Below are positions 19,874 to 35,300 of a stretch of DNA of 64,000 bases, piece by piece. Made by a program: the position numbers and the translations under genes. The notes below the pieces were generated by a model. It had not been told where the DNA came from and searched no databases. It saw nothing but the letters and a program-made list of their open reading frames with translations. Numbering within the stretch: the stretch's first letter is position 1; each line of letters starts with the position of its first letter. Location: NCBI GenBank assembly GCA_963727825.1, contig CAVSHO010000011.1, forward strand, positions 160,001 through 224,000, written 5' to 3'. Origin of the DNA: Ignavibacteriota bacterium. Its GTDB lineage: Bacteria > Bacteroidota > Ignavibacteria > UBA10030.

Positions 19874-20373
19874 AAAATGTACTCTACATCGATTTTCAGT
19901 TCCATTGTGTAATTACCGGGCATAATGTCTTCAAGGCCTGAAAGTTGTCCTCCCACCCACAGATAATACTCTCCCCTATCACTCAGCTTGACTTCATTCT
20001 GCGTGAGAAGGATCGATTCCTTCTGGATATTATAAGTATTTCCGCTGACATTGTAGGTGAAGAAAAGTTGCGATTGGCCGTTTTCGTGCCGCAGAATCGA
20101 TTGTTTTTCATTTGTAATCCGCACGAGACTGTTCGGAGAGCCGACGATTTTTATCATTCCAGAATGCAAGTCTCTTTGTGGGTCAATATTGAGATCTGTC
20201 GGCGAGAGATTGCCAACTTCAAATTCCAGGTCCTTCATCACAATCAGATCTACATTGCCAACAACATTTGCGGAGGCAGTGATCCTTGCCACAACCTGAT
20301 CCGTATTTTGTGCTTCTGCAATGTACCCGATAAGCAAGCTGATCGCAAGTAAATATGTCAAATATTTTATCAT
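19870..20373 (-). CDS. DUF4402-type pilin-like minor subunit candidate
   Basis: Signal peptide; ASANVV..DL.F N-terminus and YLWVGGQL..PGNYTMELKIDVEY C-terminus; ATGA overlap with the giant gene's stop. Confidence 0.75.
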   Translation of the reverse strand: MIKYLTYLLAISLLIGYIAEAQNTDQVVARITASANVVGNVDLIVMKDLEFEVGNLSPTDLNIDPQRDLHSGMIKIVGSPNSLVRITNEKQSILRHENGQSQLFFTYNVSGNTYNIQKESILLTQNEVKLSDRGEYYLWVGGQLSGLEDIMPGNYTMELKIDVEYIL

Positions 20374-23300
20374 TTAAGTACAACCATTTTTTTAGTTTGT
20401 GTTTTTTCTGCCGCGGTCATCCTGCAGAAATATACGCCGCTGGCAACATTTGATGCATTCCACACCACGAGATGATTCCCGGCTGAGTATTCCTGATCAG
20501 TCACAGTGGCGACTTGCTGGCCCAGGATATTGAATACCCGGATCGTTACGCGCGTTTGTGCTGGAATTGAAAAAGTAATGTTCGTCGTCGGGTTAAACGG
20601 GTTCGGATAGTTCTGTGCCAGTTGAGGAGTAGTCGGAAAATATCCTGACAAACTATTGTTTGCCGAGACAACCAGACGGAAACGGGACTCTGAAGCGCTG
20701 CTCTTCGCTAATTTGGCAGCGGGAACTGTCTGCACGACAGGCTGTGGTAATGCATGTAATGATTGACGATTCGATGCAACACCAGATCCCTTTTGTAAAA
20801 GACTACTGCTCGACGATATCAAGTCGGCTGGTGTAGTGTACTGGAATGTCAGGTCGCCCGCTTCTATCATTGAGGCCGCTGTCCCGGAGACATCGTCCAT
20901 AAGAAAGATGTTCCAGCCAACAGGAAGCTGTCCGTTCAAATTCCAACTAAGTGTAAATGAGCCGTTAAACGGTTGACCACCAACTGTCCCGCCAACGTAC
21001 AACGGAAGTGTGAACGGTTGAACAAAACCTGTATCGGGTAAATTCTGGATTTGCATAGCGGGCTGGCCCGTTCCGGCAACAGAGTAAAGTATTAAATAAT
21101 TATCAGAGAGCGGAACCAAACTGAACGCATCGTACGGATCGTATGTTATCTTTCCGCTGGGGCTGAACATCAAGTACGCTTGCGTTTGAAGCCCATTAGC
21201 TGAGAGCTCTAATTCGAGAACAGGCGCCGAATCATTGATACCCAAACTTTTCTTGTCGGATGTGTTTTTTGCAAGTGAGGCCGGCTTCGCGATGCTCGTG
21301 CTTTTCTTCCCGGCAGAATCCGGCGAGACAGATGCCAACGTGCCTTTACCTGCAGATTTCTTTCCGAGGAAGTTGCCCCCTGTCGCTTTCACTCTATTGT
21401 CGCATTTCAGTGAGGGACTGGCGGCGTTTGCTTTCACCCAGAATGCTTGAAATGGTGTTATCAATCCACCTGTAATATTTCCCGTTGAGCCATTCCAATA
21501 TTTGTAGTTGCTCGTGGCTGGATCCCAAATATAAATTGTTCCATCAATGTTCGTCTTTGTCCACCCTGACCCCGCATTCCAATTGATCGTGGAAGGAGTC
21601 GGGTTGCCGACCAGGTTCCAACCTCCATCGATAGAGTCGATATCTGTAAAAGTTTTGCTTTTTGATGTATCATTGGAACCTACCGGCGTCGCAGTGACGC
21701 CAAAATCGAATGCCGAGGTTAGCAGATTCTCCGTACCTGTGGCAGTCATCGTTAGCGGAAGGACATCGCTGTAATTGCTGGCTATATCAGGTCTGAGCGC
21801 ACCATTAAATACATAGTACATGTATCCCCTTCCCAACTTAACGGCAACGGAATCCATTCTCCACGCCTGCAACGATGTGCCCTGACTCGTTTCATCCCAC
21901 CACAGCAGATTGGGTTGCAGAGAGGGATAACTCGATCCCGTAAAGCCCTGTGTGACGAAGGGTGCTGCAAACATTGAACTGACTGTTACGCTATCGGGAG
22001 CGGCGAGCATGCGCCATCCTTCGGTTCCGGTTATCGTGTACATCACCTGAAGTGTAGGTGCACTGCTGCTGAGGTTGATATAGTTCGATCCTTCATTGAT
22101 AATTATTTTTCCTGCGGAAATAGAAGCGCCGGATTCGATTTTGAGATTTGAACCGGAACCGATATATACATTGTTGGTCACACTAAAACTATTATTATTA
22201 TCAAACGATCCACCATTGTCTACTATTAAACTCGTAATTGTTACACTGGTGTTTAAAGTGTCTGCAAAATTATTGCTGATATGTACCGTATCAATTGACA
22301 TCGGCACCCTATAATTCCAGGTAGCAGCGTTACTCCAATCTCCGCTTGCAATTGAGGTAATTAGAAGAGGCATAATATTTATGCCACCTATTGTAAAGAA
22401 ATGATTATCGAGGTTTACGAGTGTCGAAGTGGCAACCGTACCCGAAGTCTGTCCATTGTCAGTAACAACCTGACCGACAGCATTCCAAGGAATAAGCCAT
22501 TCGACCACCCTTGTAAGAGCGCGTGTTGATGCCGAGCTGCTCATTCCTGTGTATTGGTCCCAGCTTAAAACAACATTTGCGCTTCCACCTGATGGACCAA
22601 TAATATTCCAATATTCATTATTCACAACTGATTGTAATGGAGATACCATCTGTGTAGTGTTATATCCAGCGGTTGTAGGATCCTTATCAAAAAATTGTGC
22701 CGTCCAAGTTTGTGTTCCTGAAGTAGAAGTGCTATTTACTGAAACATATCCAATCCGGTTTCGGCTTGAGGAATTTGCATCTCCAACCGGAAATTGGAAC
22801 GATGAGCCATTAATTATTTTCTTACTTAGCGGCCCGTTTACAAATGAATTATCGCTTCCACCAACAACAGCACTTGAACTTGTATTGGTAATAGTCAGGA
22901 TATTGTTGGCAATGTTATTAAAATTAATGTTTCCCAATGTCAGCAGAAGCTGATCGCTTATATCAACAGTTCCGGTATTAATAGTTAGTCCCGCAGCATT
23001 ATTTATTTCGAGGTCATAGAATGTCTCTTTCATAGAATTACCAGACATCAAAATACTTTGTGCTGCCGAACCGCTGAAATGCACAGCACCTGTTCCAGCA
23101 GTAAAGCCAGCAATACTCGTGTTTTGATCAATCCAGTTTCCAAGAACGAAAAGGTCTTTATTGTATAGAGTATTATCCAATCTGCTGCCATCAGAAATTG
23201 TTATGTTGCCATTTATCTTTGTATCAACGCTACTGATGTACTTTTTGCCGGTTCCTGAGAATATTACTTGTTGATAAGGTTTATTTATATTTCCCGGATT

Positions 23301-26300
23301 TAAAGGCATTGTGCCATCAGTGTTCCCATAAAACTCAACAGTACTTGGTAAGTTCGCAAGAAATAAATCGTACGATCCGCCTGGGAATATGAATATAGCA
23401 CTGCCAGTAGGTGACATACGTATTTTTCCTGTACCTGATACCTGCCCGATATTATTAGATACCGTATTCGTTGCATCGAGCACTCCTTCGATATCTACTG
23501 AAGATGCAAGCGCTCCATTAACGCTAATAGTTACAGTGTGGGGAGCATTTATAACAACCGAGTGGCCATTTGGGACAAAGGAAGGAGACCAAACTGTTGC
23601 ATCATTCCAATTTCCTGATTTTGTGCTATATAATATCGGTAATGAAATAAATTGATCTCCAATCGTATACGATCCATCTAAGAGCGAAGTGCTGCTAAAA
23701 GAAAATGTTGGAGAACTTATTGTTCCTGGTGTAACAGTTGTCCATGCGGCTGTAGAATTATCGCACCGTTCAATATTCGCAGGACTTCCAGTTACATCAG
23801 CGGGGATGTACGTGTACGAATGCGTTACATTATAAGTTGATGGCGAAAAGCCTGTTGTTACCACCTTCCAATAGTAATTCAAATAATTTGAATAGTTTGC
23901 AGGATTAATTGATGGGTGTAAATCATCTATTGGAATGACGTTTATGGTTGCTCCTGCCGCATTAGTATTGGCGGTAAAGTTATATGTGCAGGGAGTGTAT
24001 TTTCCATTAGCACCTATAGGATAAGTAAACGATGAAGCGCCGTTCGGGAATATCTTTGTAACTCCTATATCACCTAATACACCATTAAGAATAACATGGT
24101 TTGTTCCACTGGCACCTACAATTATAACGCTTTGCCCAAAAGTCAAAGAATAATTATCGATGTATAAATTACCATTAGTAAACTTGAGCTGACCGTTAAT
24201 CGTCGAATTGTCGGTCATATTAACGCCATGCCCGCTGTTGTTGATTTCAATGTTACCGAAAATTCCGCTTCCGCTGCCTGTCATCCCCTGGTTGGCTGTT
24301 CCCTTAAAAATCATTCCACCGCTTGTTGAAGAACTGTAGTGAGTAGCGTTGTTGTTAACATTATTCAATAAGGTTATTGTATTTCCATTGTCGTTCAACG
24401 TGCCGGAGCTTAATGTCAAATCACCGTTAATGGTGATATTGCTGCTGCTTAATGATATGCTATGCCCGGCAGCAGTGGAGACATCCAAATTAGCGAAGTT
24501 AGTAATATTAGAAGGAGAAGTTGTGCCGGTTATGGTTTGGTCAGTGCTTCCTACAAAACCGGTGGATTGCGTAAGCACCTGAGTTTGATAACCACCGACA
24601 TTGAGTCCAACAGTAGATGTTGTATTGTTATTTATCAAATTCCCGCCGATAGTGACATTAAGTCCATTAGTATTATAATAACTTGATGTTCCACCGATAG
24701 TCAAACTTCCGACAAGAGTTAATGGATATATTTCCTGTATTGCCGATGATTTTGTCGTCGCTTCGAGTGTAAGGTTTCCTATAGAACATGAAGATTGGAA
24801 ATAGAACAATGTACTAGCAGGTGTAACACCCGAATATCCAAACTGTATCGTGCCACCGGTGACATTTTCAATGTCGGGATCTAAATACAAATCATAAGGA
24901 GAGCTATTATTGATATCATTGGCAATTATGATCGTGCCATTGCTCACGGTAAACTTGCTTCCGCCATTTAGTACTTCAAACACGGCTCTTGACGTACTAG
25001 CATTTTTACCACCTATGGTAACGGTCCCACCTGTTTGTGTATAATTCAATGAACCAGAGGTGGTTCCTGTTCCGCGCCTTATTTGTGAATAGACATTGAG
25101 AGATCCGCCTGAGATAATAATTTCAGGAGTGCCTGCCGAAGCATAGACAGTATTAAAAGCATTGGCAGATGCTGATGCTATAGCTGGGCCAATATTGACT
25201 GCTCCTGCAATTATTTCCAACCGGCCAACAAGAGATAAATCAGCTGCCGCAGCACCAGTGGCTATATTAAATGTACCTCCATTCGCAGAAAGACATGCCG
25301 TGCTCGGTATTGAGAAACCGCCTACAGAAAGAGGCATTGTCACGTTTGAAGTTAATCTGAACGTCCCGTTCTGCAAATTAAGACCGCCACCGCCCATTTG
25401 AAAACCTGTAGGATCGACATTAACATTTAAGATAGAATCTTTTGATGTGCCTTTATTGACTGTTATGCCGTATAAGCGTGTTCGTGTCGGTGTAGAAGTA
25501 CTGGTAAGAGATTTACTTAATGAACCTGTAAAAATAAGAGTACAATAATAATTATCATTAGTCGGATAGTTCGAGTCTAAATCAAATGTTCCGTTATTAA
25601 TTATGTTTCCATAAACTGTTAAAGTGTTTGCTACTGAATTACCACCATTTCTAACTTGCAGCACTCCACCGGACGCAATGTTAATATCGTTATCGGCAAT
25701 TACGTACTCGGCAAGATTGTTCTGGTATTGTAATATTCCGTACTGATTTATATTGATATTACCTTTTACTTCTATAGTTGTTGAGCTTGCACCGGCGTTA
25801 ATCTGCGTTATGCAATTTGATGTGCCGCCCCCGGATGAACATCCCGCTGTCAAATTATTATAAATCGTCAAGTTTGAATTAGGCAAAATTATATTCGATG
25901 CATTATAAGGTGAAGTAATAAGATTATAGTACCCGGTAATATTCGCTGTACCTCCACCGGGCAAAGTATACGTTGTCGGTAATGTAAGTGTCCCTGCGGC
26001 AGCCTGATAATATTCCACCGTCCCACCGGAAGGTCCTAAGAAATTTCCCCAGTCGCCAGCAGGGAAATATGTTGAGCTGGCAATTCTCAATGTTCCACTA
26101 CCCGTAGAAATTGAGCCGAAACTATGTCCATTTATAATTCCTAAATCGAGTGTTGAACCGGATTCAATAGTTAAGCTGCTTGAAGAAGCTGCTACTGGAG
26201 TTGTAACTGTGTAAGGACTGCAAATGATTACCAGAGTACCAGCGGTAGGTGTGCCACCACCACCAATGCCGCCTCTTGTTGTGGACCAAGTATTAGCATT

Positions 26301-29300
26301 ATTCCAAGGACCACTCACAACACTATATAAAGTAGGGATGGCACCAAATGCTGTAGCAGGATCACCGGCTGTATATTCTCCGTCAGCAATACTTGTATTA
26401 TAGGTGACCTGGTTTGTAGTGGTATTCACTCCACTTGTAGTTAATGAACTCCAGCTTGAACCATTATAAAGGGCAGGAACATAATTTCCTTCAGTGCCGG
26501 CTACAAAATAATTAGATGCGGCATAATCGTAATAATAAATATTGATAACCGAACTGGCCGGAATACCTGTGAAGCCAGTACTGGTTGCCTTCCAGTAGCA
26601 AGTTAAAGCATTATTAGAACCTTGCGCTAACGGATGCCTTCCATTAACAGGGTGTGTTGTTACCGTTCCATAGGCAGTTGGCGCAGTAGTGAATTGTATC
26701 GAGTGCGGCATATAATAGTATGTTGCATTCGTATAAAAACCAAACGGAAAAACAAAAGCCAATGTATTGGCATAAGTTTTACTTACCCCTCCGTCGGAAA
26801 GCAAGCCGCTGGTTTGAATCATCTTGTTATTGTTAAAAGTCGTACCAATATTTACATCGGAATAAACCATAGAATTTGCGCCTAATGCAAGGCGATAGCT
26901 GCCAATATTAAGTATATTCCACACGCCTGTTGTTGTACCAGCCAATCTTAAATTACCTGTAACAGCCATATTAGCTGTAGCAGTAACAGAACCGCCCGTT
27001 TTATTTAATGTCAGGTTATTGAAAATTCCTGCTCCGTTTCCACTCAGCGTTTGCGCTGCGGTACCAGTCAGAATTATAGCGCCTGTACTGACTCGGCTTA
27101 TGTGTGTTCCGCTATTAATAATATTTCCGTATACAGTGACAGTTTCGCCGCTGTCATTCAGAACCGAGTTCTGATCTATAAAGAGCGCACCGTTCACAAT
27201 CACATTATTATTAATAATTGAGGTAAGGGATGAGTTTGTAATAGTAAGATTGTTCAGTCCACCTGTAATGGTTCCTACATTATTGAAAGCTTGAGCGCCT
27301 GTACTGTTAAATGTTGTTGTCGAAGTCGTACTAGGCGTGTACGTGCCTCCTGACGAAATAGTAAAATTATGTCCCACGTTCAGACTAATAGTACTTGTGT
27401 TCAAGTTTAATACAGAAAGGTTGCCAATGGTTAGATCATGCAAGACACTAAGGCTCGAACCTGGTGTATTCCATTGAACAGTTGTAGTCCCTGTTCCAGT
27501 CCGGTTTGATATATTCACATTATAAAATGGGACTGTTGAATTTGCCGTGTAGACGGTAGCAGAGCTTGGTACGTTAATATTTATTGTTCCACCGGTAACA
27601 TTATAATTTCCTGCTTGAGATTCAATATCCATAATTTGGAAATCTGTAGTACCACCAGAAAAAGTATTATTCGTAAAATTGATTGTTCCCCCGCTCATAG
27701 TAAAGGAAGAATTTACATTACTAAGTCCAAACATCGGCCCTGCATGGTTTTCTCCCAGTAATTGGAAGTTCGCTGTTCCACCTGTTTGTATATAACTCAT
27801 CTGATTAGTGCCACCTGTGGAAGTCCATACCTGACTAGCAACCAATGTGCCGGTTCCTTCGATCATAATTACAGGTGTTCCTAATGTTCCTAAAACCATA
27901 CCGGCTGCATCGCCCATAGAAAACGAACCCCCACTTAGACGCAATGTGCCGTACAATGTAGCCGCCTGATAGCCGGTTCCATTAACGCCTGATAAAGTGG
28001 TTGAAACAGTAGCGCCATTAACCCATAATTCAGCAGTAGGTATAATATTAAAGTCTTGTCCGCCTTCTGTTAGAGATGGGACGTTAATATTTGCATCGAG
28101 CTTCAGCGTACCATAATGAATAAAGAGCGCCTTATAATATGCTCCATATCCAAAGCCCTCTGGTTGACCATCAAACTGGTTATTACCCTGGTTATTGGGA
28201 GCGTAAAGAGCAAAATTACTCGTACTGGAAGAATTGACTTCTAATGTATAGGTCTTGTCTGTTCCTTTTTCTACGATAAGTCTGAAAAAGTCTGTTGTTC
28301 CATTACAAGTGACAGTATTGTTTGTTGCACCATGGAAGAAAACCTGAACATCGCCACAATTTGTTCCGCCCCAGGCCGTCGTTGTAAGTATATAGTATGC
28401 ACTACTGTCCGGTGATGGCAACCCTGTAAAACGAATAGAACCATTATTCACCAAATTGCCGTATAGTGATAATGTGTGGACACCAGAATAAGTTACGGGA
28501 AGTGCCGGCACCGCAGTCGGATTAGGAATTCCGTGCGCAGTTGCAAAATTATTTACCCTGACATTGCATCCGGCATCGACAGTAAAATCTCCATAGACAG
28601 TCATGTTGATAAGGCTATCTGAAGGTGTCAAATTGCCAAAATAGAGTGTCTGGGTTCCCGACGAATAATTTTTTACACTCAAATTTCCATTAATAGTATA
28701 TGTTATAGGGCCAGCGTTGTTGCTAAAGAAGTAAGAACTGATTGCACTCGTAGTATTATTTGAAATTATCAAATTGTTGTACGTAAAGGGAGACGGAGTA
28801 GCGGGGGGGATGCTGACACCATTAAGATTGTAGAACTCTATCGTTCCACCGCCGCTTGCAACAAAACTCGTATAAGTTCCACCGGGGAAAGTATTAGAAC
28901 TAAGCTTTATTTTCCCTTGTCCTGATACCGTTCCAAAATTATGTCCGGTAGTGGACCCAATGTCAAGAATGCCCCCTGAATTAACTGTGAGTGTATTTAC
29001 TTGTTTAGTATTCGCGCTGATAGAAATTGTTCGGCCATTGAGAATGGTAACGATATCTGAATTTGCTGGAACACCGGAATTTATCAACGTTGTACCTGAA
29101 GGATCTGATGTCCAGGAAGATGCATTGTTCCAATCGCCCGATTGATACGAATAATATGTATTCGAAGTTGACGGTGCAGAAGAGCCGGCGGTCCACTTTC
29201 CTGAAATCGATGCAGCCGATGCACCGGATGTGTCTGTTCCAAATGGATTAGCAGCAAGTGCTGTGTGTGTGCCAGGTGCTGATACCCAGGATGATCCGCC

Positions 29301-32300
29301 GTTATACCAGGTATCATATAGCGATCGTCCACCGGGCGCTTCGGCATTATTATATGTAAATCTTAATTTCGTGTTTATAGCTGAGTATCCAGCGCTGATC
29401 GTGAGTGTCCAATACTTGCTTAAAGTATTTGCGCCTTGATTCACAGTAGTTGCACTGATTTGGAGATTTCCGGTACCGGTTGCGGTAAAACCACCGATGG
29501 TAAGATCCAAAGGATCATAATACCCGCCTGACCCGACAGGATAAACGATGCCAATACCAGTACCGCCGGTTCCGCCTGCTTTTTGTAAATAACCGGTGCC
29601 ACTGGTTTGAATCATGGCTGTGGTACTATATGATCCTGCAATGGCATTTGCGGCTTGATTGCTTAGAAGTAAATTATAGTTGCCGATGGTTAAAACGCCG
29701 GAAGTCAGAGTCAAGGTACTGGAAACTGTGAGCGTGCAAGCCAGAACAACAGACATGCCGCTTGTCTGATTCAGTGTAAGATTGTTAAACGTCTGACTTG
29801 CTGCCGTTCCGTTAATGTTTTGCGAGCCAGTGCCATCGAAGACAACCGTTCCGGTTCCGTATGTAAACGTCCCACCGTTGTTCGTCCAGTCACCGGCGAT
29901 ATTGTGTGTAAATGCGCCACTTGTGAATGTTGTCCCCGATCCTATCACAACATTTCCACCGATAGTCAAACCGACAACTCCCGTTGTTGTTGCAGTGCCG
30001 CTTAATGTCAGATTGCCACCGATCGCAGTGGTGCCGGTTTGTAGAGTCTTAGCACCACTGTTACTGAGGGTGAGATTATAATAATTAGTATTAATAACTG
30101 TCTGTGTACCTGCATATCCGTAATTAACTGTATTTCCAGTTGCTGTGGCAATAAAATCCGCAGCTGGAATACCTGGAGTCCCTGTAAAATTAATATTTAT
30201 GGTGCCAGTGGTTCCATTAGTTAAGGTGCCTGTGCCAGATTGAGCTAATGCCGTTGTGACGGTTAATGTTCCATTGTTCGTATATGTACCGCTCACCGTG
30301 ACGCTCGGAATTGAAATGGGATTTGTTCCACCAATCGTTTTTGTGGCACCAGAGAATGTTTGCACACCCGTGCTGGCGGTGTATGTTCCGTTATTTGTGA
30401 GACTCCCCGCAATACCAACAACCGCTGCTCCATTTTCAGTTAATGTACCGTATATCGTAACATCGGAACTAAAGGTAAGTGCTTCTGCCACGCTTTCTGT
30501 AAAATTACCCCCACTATTAATAGTCACTGCGCCAGTAAATGTCTTTGTGCCGGTTGTAGAAGTTATTGAGAGTGTTCCGCTCATTCCTCCACCGACGGTG
30601 GTTGTACCGTTTACTGTCAAATTGAAACCTGCCACAGTAAATGTCGTTCCATCTCCAATAACAAGACTTCCGACGGTCAAACCAACGACTGTTGTCGCAG
30701 ATGCAGTTCCACTCAACGTCAAAGCACCGCTAATCGTTATCGTACCGGTTTGCAATGTTTTCGCACTGGTGTTGCTTAATGTTAAATTGTAATAATTAGT
30801 ATTAATAACTGTTTGTGTACCTGCATATCCGTAATTAACTGTATTTCCATTTGTTGTGGCAATAAAATCCGCAGCTGGAATACCTGGAGTCCCTGTAAAA
30901 TTAATATTTATGGTGCCGGCGGCTCCGTTAGTTAATGTGCCTGTGCCAGATTGAGCTAATGCTGTTGTGACGGTTAAAGTTCCATTGTTCGTATATGTAC
31001 CGCTCACCGTGACGCTCGGAATTGAAATGGTACTCGTTCCACCAATTGTTTTCAATGAACCAGAAAATGTATGCACACCCGTGTTTGCAGTGAACGTTCC
31101 GTTGTCTGTGAAATTACCGGCAACACTGACAGTCGCTGCCACGGATTCCGTTAGTGTGCCGCCGCTGTTTATGGTAATATCCGAACCAAATGTGACCGCG
31201 GCAACAGTACCACTCAATGTTATAGAACCGCCATTATTGATAGTTACAGCGCCTGTAAAGGTATATGTATGGTTCTGAGTAATAGATATTGGGCCGCTTA
31301 CAGAAGCAGTGCCACCCACACTAAAATTGAAATTTCCAATCGTGAGCGTCGTGCCGGAGCCGACGTTAAGATTGCCGCCGACAGCCAAATTGGACGTAGT
31401 AGTTGTCGATACTGTACCACTCAGAGTCATATTCCCGTTGATCGCTGTCGTATTGTTCTGCAGAACATCTGTTCCGCTTCCGCTTAATGTAAGATTATAA
31501 TAAGTCGTAGAATTAATCGTTTGTGATGCACCACTGTAATTAACCGTTCCGGCTGTATTGGCAGTAAGAGTGGTAATTGTAGGTACGGTGTTATCGCTAA
31601 TGTTAAGTGTACCAGTGTTGGTAAGAGCAGTAATTGTGCCCGAACTGACAAGGTTAGTTGTGCCAGAGTTGGTAATACCAGCAATAGTGCCAGTGCCATT
31701 GAGATTAAGCGTACCAGTGTTTGTAAAATTAGCAAGAGCTGTACTAATTGCACCAGAACCACTGATAGCTGTTGTTCCTGCATTTGTAAGAGTGGTAACT
31801 GAGCAAGTTCCACCAATATTCAGTGTGCCTGTCGAACTATTGCTCATTGTACCTGTACCAGCTAACGCTGTGCCAACAGTCAATGTTGCATTGTTTGTGT
31901 ACGTGCCGTTAACTGTGACGCTTGGGATGGAAATCGCATTTGTTCCGTTAATAGTCTTTGTCGTTCCGGAAAATGTATGCACACCTGTGCTGGCGGTGTA
32001 TGTTCCGTTATTTGTGAAACTTCCTGCAATACCAACAACCGCAGTCGTATTCTCCGTTAATGCACCGCCGTTATTAATAATAACATCCGAACCAAATGAA
32101 AGCGTGGCAGCAGCACTCTCAGTGATAGCGCCGCCGTTATTGATTGTTACAGCGCCGATGAAGGTCTGAGTGTTTGTTGCAGCTGTAGATATCGCCAGCG
32201 TACCACCTGTTCCGCCACCTACAGTAGTTGTGCCCATTACAGTAAGTGCATATGTAGCGTTAGATGTAAATGTCGTTCCATCTCCTATCGAAAGATTGCC

Positions 32301-35300
32301 GCCGATGGTAGTTGCAATACCTGTACTGGTATTCGTACTTCCACTTGTACTAAGGTTATTAAACGTTGTACTTGCCGAACCACCGATGACCTGAGTTGTT
32401 CCATTGAAAGTAACAGTGCCAGTAGCGGGTGTAAATGTGCCTCCATTGTTCGTCCAGCTACCGCTTACGATAAGAGTATTTGTCGTGCTGTTGGTAAGCG
32501 TTGCTCCAGAATTAATGACAATGGAACTTGCCGTCTGATTATTTGTATTTATTGTGATAGTGCCCGTGCTTTGAATTGTAATTTGAGTTGCTGAACTTGT
32601 AGGAGCCGCTGTTGCCAGATACCAATTAATGTTGTCATGTGAGCTCTGCCAATTTGATGCGGTGCTCCAGTTTCCTGTGGCGATGGATCTGAAATAATCA
32701 GTTGCCGAAGAAGTGAATGCTGGTCCTACAACAAAGTCACTAAAACTATTTAGTCCTGATACTTGGGTTGTATAAGGTCCGGAACCTGCATTTATTACGG
32801 GAGTTGGAGATGTCCATACCGACGCAGTATATTTACCGACAATAAAACCAGTATTATTACTACCTCCAATAATATCACCTGCATTATAAGTGAACGTCGG
32901 AGAATAAGTAGTAAAAACAATGCCAGAATTAGTTAAAGTCCAATACAAGCCAACATCTTTTGAACCATCTACCGGTGAGCCGGTATTAGGTTCTTGTCCG
33001 GAAGTAACGTTGGCAGTGAGGTTTCCTCCAGTCGTGACCGATGCAAAATTAACACTAACAGGAGTATAGCTTGAGGATGTTCCCACATCAAAAGTATAAT
33101 TATTAGCTCCTGTAGCAATTGCTCTTTGCAGGTTGCCTACTATCTGCCCGCTTGTCCGAGATACAGCGTTGGCTGCACTATTTGTGACAATAAGTGTGTA
33201 AGATCCCGTAGCAATATTCCCCGAGTTTAACTTGAGGTTATTACTTACCGTTGTTGCTGCCCCAAGTGTCCCTATTTGTGTTGACTTGTCTATCGTAAGG
33301 TTATAATATGTTGTACCATTTATTGTCTGCCCTCCGGTTGTGCTGTTGTAATCTGCCGTATTGCCTGTCGCAGTCGCCGTCAGTGTAGTCGATCCAACCG
33401 TTGCTGCACCTATATTAAGAATCGCATTTGCAGCTTGCACAAAAGTACCGGTACCTGCCCATGTGGTGGTAATATTTAATCCCCCTGCAGCAGTAATGTT
33501 ATTAGTGAGACCCGTTCCCGTGCTGCTGACAGTTATATTGGTAAAGGTGGTCGCGTTTCCATTTATGGATTGTGAAGCGCCTAAAAATGTATAAGTACCT
33601 GTACCTGAATTAAATGTTCCTGTATTGGTAAAATTGCCTGTACTAATTGTCACCGGTTCATTCACCGTATTATTATTCCATGTTCCACCGTTTATATTTA
33701 AACTGCTTACTGTTATCAGAGGTGTTGCTTGAGCCGTGGTGATATTTACAACTCCTCCGGTATTTACAGTTACAGCACCCATTGACCTTGTTCCGGTAGC
33801 ATTATTAAAAGTTAATGTGCCCGTTACAGAAGTGGTCCCTGTTACAGTTAAACTTGTTGCAAAACTGCCAACGAACAATGTACCGCCGCTGACAACAATA
33901 TTACCGCTTACTGAAGTAGTAGTGGTTGTATTGCTGAATACGACTCCGGACGCATTGCTATTATTAAACTCAAGATTACCAAATGTATTAGTTGCGCCAC
34001 CGATAGTTTGAGCATTTGAACTACTCATTAAAATTTTTCCTGCACCTGAATGAGTAGCGTTATTCATTACATTACCATTTACTGTAATTGCATATCCGCC
34101 ATCGGCGAATGTTTCACCGGCTGTCGCTATGGTCAAATTACCTGCAACCGTAATCGCACTTGTTACCGTCTTTGTTCCTGAGGCGCCCGTGATTGTTAAA
34201 TGACCATAGGTCGAAGGACCTACACTTGTAACGCTACCTGCAACATTTTGTGCATTGGTGATTGTGTTATAATTTACCGTTGAAGTTGGATTCAAAGTAA
34301 TATGAGCAGTAGTAAAGTTTGTTGGGAACGAAGTTATTGTTGCGGTGCCTGCGCCGATCTGCAAGGTCGCTCCGGCGGCAACACTCAAAGTTCCTGTTGC
34401 GTTTCCAGTTATCTGGAAGCCGCCATCGGCAAGTGTGCCGTTATTAATAGTAAGGTTACCACTCACTGTGAAAGCTCCGCCCAAAGTAGCCGTATTTGAA
34501 GATTTATCAACTGTAAGATTGAAATAAGGATTGGTTGTAGGCACTTTTATTGTTTGAGCTGCCGTACCCGTGTAGGTAACCAAGTTTGCACTGGTGGCAG
34601 GAATTATAGTTCCGGTTATACTCGTATTTGCCAAAGAAAAACTACCACCGGATGCATTAGTAATAGAACTAGCTCCTGCAATGGCTGATGTCCCTGTTGA
34701 ATTCAATGTTCCATTATTAGTTAATGCAGCATTTATAGTAAATGTACCAGATACATTTACCGTAGTACTGGCATTAATAGCTGTAGCGCCCCCAATAGTT
34801 AGTAATCCAAATGATAATGGATTACCCCCTAAAGTTTTAGTCGCACCATTCAGTGAAGTGGTTCCTGTGGAAGCAGAAAGATCGAAAGATGTTCCATTGT
34901 TGGTTATATTTCCACCGAAGTTAATAGCTGCTGCAACAGCAGTCGCATTAAATGTACCACCACTGATTATAGTTACATCACCGGTAAAAGTTTTTGAACC
35001 GGTTGCATTGTTTATTGACAAGGTACCGGTTACAGAAGTAGTCCCCGTTACAGTTAAACTTGTTGCAAAACTGCCAACGAACAATGTACCGCCGCTGACA
35101 ACAATATTACCGCTTACTGAAGTAGTAGTGGTTGTATTGCTGAATACAACTCCGGATGCATTGCTATTATTAAATTCAAGATTACCAAATGTATTAGTTG
35201 CGCCACCGATAGTTTGAGCATTTGAACTACTCATTAAAATTTTTCCTGCACCTGAATGAGTAGCGTTATTCATTACATTACCATTTACTGTAATTGCATA